In this document: positions 61,308 to 64,000 of the stretch, one piece after another
How the letters are laid out: each line of letters starts with the position of its first letter
Position numbering within the stretch: position 1 is the first letter of the stretch
From: Nemertoderma westbladi
Lineage: Eukaryota > Animalia > Xenacoelomorpha
Direction of reading: 5' to 3'
DNA length: 64,000 bases
NCBI GenBank assembly: GCA_032718475.1
Contig: JAUCBJ010008877.1
Location: 28,595-92,594, forward strand
Position numbers and translations under genes: made by a program
The notes under the pieces: model-generated
The model's input: the letters and a program-made list of their open reading frames with translations, nothing else
The model's database searches: none
Told to the model about the DNA's origin: nothing

Positions 61308-62843
61308 TAATAGATTTACGTTCTTATAATCAAGGCCATCTGATGTTTCCTAGGCCAAAGTCTGAAACTTCTACACAGAAGCACAGAAGATTCCGAGCCG
61401 GTTCTGATGCTCAGAAAAATAGTAAACAAAGACCGTAATGCATTGCGCGAGTTTCCATAGGCCTCTGTCAAACATAAAGGGAAAATCGCACTGATTGGCT
61501 GAATGAGGCAGAACAAAGAAAAATTCCACGTCCACAAAGAATCAGCTGATAGATTTCGTCACACCAGCTCCAATCCCTTCCCATCGCGTAGTTGGATAAA
61601 TTTAGGGCTATTTTAGAGTATTCTGCGCATTGCGGAAAAATGAATGGTTATGTCCGCAAAAGCTTTTACATGTTTTTTCGAAAAATTTTCAAATTTCAAG
61701 TCGCCCTCTAGCGGCCATTGAATGAAACAATATTTGCGGTTAAAATGCTACTAGTCATTCAATTTTAGGTGAAATTAAAACTTTGATTTAGCCATTTCTT
61801 AAAATTAATTAATATTTGGCAAAATTTAAACAAATTTTTGGCTTTAATCTGAAAAATTGGCTGTAAAAACAGAAATATGAACTAATAACTTTTAAAGAAC
61901 AGCCGAATCCCTTTCGAATGAGCCAATAATAAATAAAATTGGTTAAAAAATGGCGGAGGGGTAGTAATTTTAAAAATGAAAAAATGTCATTCCAAGATTA
62001 ATTATGACTTCAAAGTTTTGGTCTGGTTGGTTAATCATTTCTGGCATGATAGAAGCGCATCACCGGTGTAAAACTGTCATTATGAGGGTTTTCGGGGTCG
62101 CTGATTTCATTTCAGTGGAATCTACTCTGCCTGTCTGTTTTGCCGGTCTGTTTTACAATTTGACAGACAGACCATCATACAGAAAAACAGCGATAACTCG
62201 AGAAATAAAAGAGGTTTAGCTAAGCGGTTTTCAGATTTGAAAACCTCATTAAATTCTGCTATAGATTAAATCAAAAAACACGATTTAAAATTATGACATG
62301 GGGGGGGGGGGGGTGGTACTCCCCCCTTAAGGAATAGTAGGCTTTGGGTACATACTGTACAATACAGCAATACTGCAAAGTACTGCTGTATACTGATACA
62401 GGTACAATACTGGTTGCCTATGAGAACAGCAGTATAGCTGTATAGATACAGGTGGCATGAAACCTAATCGTAAATTTCCGGAGGACATAAAACAGTAAAA
62501 AGTCAAAATCAGAGGACACAATGAGTGATTTCAACGAACAAGAAAAATTATTGTGTATTTTTAGTAACGATTTATAAAATACACAGCGCGGGAAATTCAA
62601 AGTTACAGTAGTTTAAGCTGGTGTCAGCTGTCAGCATCTTCCAATAGGCGGATTATAGTTATAGAAGCAATACATAACTTCAGTACCGGTACTTCCATCT
62701 GTGTAGCATGGCGGCAGCTCATTAAATGAATTCCAGAATACCTAGATCAGAGGGGGTGTCTTATGTATTAAGTTTTATATTAAATAATTAAATGAATTCC
62801 AGAATACCTAGATACTGATGGAGGCGGAGGGTCTGACTCTTCC

Positions 62844-63890
62844 ATGGCGACGAAAGCAGGTCGCGACCCCCTTATCCCTCACATCCAATGCCAATCCAGC
62901 CAATCATGTACTCCATCTATATCAATGTTAACGAAACACTTCCTTTCTATGAGGCCGTTGTCGGTAATATTTAAAGACGTCATCAATATCCATAGCAACG
63001 GCGACGCATCGGCCCAGGACACTATACTGAAACTAACGGTGGACCACCCAATAGCGAAGGAATTCCCACCCTCGAGAACTTATCTTATAAACTTCCTCAA
63101 GTTTCTCATTAATAATGTTACCGAAGTTAGCGACATGGTGTATGAAAGATTCTCTCCGCTTATGGCTCAACCCGATTCGCAGACCAACTGCTTCCGGACT
63201 TACGTTTTACCCTGCGACTGCTGCGTGACTATTCGCGAGAACGTTGTCACCCTATCTGGGGGAACTACCGGTTTGGTTAGCTGGCCAGCGGGTTTCTCGC
63301 TGACGGAATGGTTGAGTGCACGACTCCATCTTACGGACGGTAAACGAATCCTAGAGTTGGGATGCGGCGCGGGTTTGTCCGGTATAATTACGTGTATGAC
63401 GTCACTTCCTGCGGGGTACACGTTTACGGACGCGAGCGTAAACGTTCTGGACAATTTACGCGAGAATATTCGCATTAACTGCCTCAACTCAAAGTCTTCT
63501 CATTGCAAACAGAATCATCAGCTTCAAAAGGATTACATTAGAGTGCAGCCCCTTGATTGGAGTTTGTCTAATTGCGATCAAGCGGTTGACAGAGATGTAT
63601 ACGATATTATTGTCGCCGCTGATGTGACCTTTGACCCCGAGAGTCTACCAGGTCTAGTTAACCTACTCCATTATCTGTTATCAACCAGCAACTCAGCCAA
63701 TCCATCTCGCTGCGCTTATATTTCTTGCACTATTAGAAATCCAACTACTCATACATTGTTTACTCAGTTGCTGGACAACGCCGGTCTTATTACTGTTTAC
63801 GAAAACATTGACAGACCCGAGTTGTTCTATTACGACAGGAATCAACAATTTGCTGTCCTTAACATAAAAATGAGCTTCCCTTTCAAATAA
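62844..63890 (+). CDS. EEF2KMT: Protein-lysine N-methyltransferase EEF2KMT/FAM86A-like (eEF2 methyltransferase), intronless
   Basis: FAM86-type N-terminus HPIAKEFPPSRTYLINFLKFLI; GTTGLVSWPA; motif I ILELGCGAGLSG; YTFTD; LDW; DIIVAADVTFD; TIRNPTT. Confidence 0.88.
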   Translation: MATKAGRDPLIPHIQCQSSQSCTPSISMLTKHFLSMRPLSVIFKDVINIHSNGDASAQDTILKLTVDHPIAKEFPPSRTYLINFLKFLINNVTEVSDMVYERFSPLMAQPDSQTNCFRTYVLPCDCCVTIRENVVTLSGGTTGLVSWPAGFSLTEWLSARLHLTDGKRILELGCGAGLSGIITCMTSLPAGYTFTDASVNVLDNLRENIRINCLNSKSSHCKQNHQLQKDYIRVQPLDWSLSNCDQAVDRDVYDIIVAADVTFDPESLPGLVNLLHYLLSTSNSANPSRCAYISCTIRNPTTHTLFTQLLDNAGLITVYENIDRPELFYYDRNQQFAVLNIKMSFPFK

Positions 63891-64000
63891 TATTTCTGCA
63901 AATTTTGTTATTCTGTATATATAGGCCTAATGTTAATTGTTAAATGTGCCAGCTGGAATTACTGTGACGTCATACACATTAAACAGCCAAACACTACATT

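Larger units (their letters stand above)
37017..61670 (-). mobile_element. Older, diverged BEL/Pao relative (copy 2), inverted, with nested insertions
   Basis: Minus-strand start TGTAAAAGCTTTT at 61670; 5' LTR ends ...GCGAACA at 59594; 3' LTR remnant ends at 37017; 5-bp TSD TGTTT (37012-37016, 61671-61675); gag-pol fragments are collinear with copy 1. Confidence 0.92.
59594..61670 (-). repeat. 5' LTR of copy 2, interrupted by two insertions
   Basis: Shares termini and internal blocks with the copy-1 LTR (agcgccacgtcctaaaggaactgttaatatt, ctgaaggtaagag, agaaccggct, ccaatcag). Confidence 0.88.

Overview
Repeat-dense eukaryotic DNA, probably from an invertebrate animal; the species cannot be determined from the sequence. 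From left to right: the decayed 3' end of a BEL/Pao LTR retrotransposon with a probable 3' LTR carrying structured RNA-like repeats (1-5423); a complete but point-inactivated Ty3/Gypsy (Mag-like) element (5467-10160); an intronless C2H2 zinc-finger ORF with a partial tandem duplicate (10311-13760); a complete, young and very large (17.4 kb) BEL/Pao element with 1.2-kb LTRs and two extra 3' ORFs (16218-33593); minisatellites and MITEs; an older, diverged, inverted relative of that BEL/Pao family (37017-61670) carrying seven nested insertions; and an intronless EEF2KMT/FAM86-like methyltransferase gene (62844-63890). The main observation is that neither BEL/Pao relative has a tRNA primer-binding site. 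In both, the 11-12 nt directly after the 5' LTR are the exact reverse complement of a segment at the same position inside the element's own LTR, although the sequences differ between the two copies. This covariation points to tRNA-independent, self-primed reverse transcription in a BEL/Pao lineage. All alignments were done by eye and no database searches were run.
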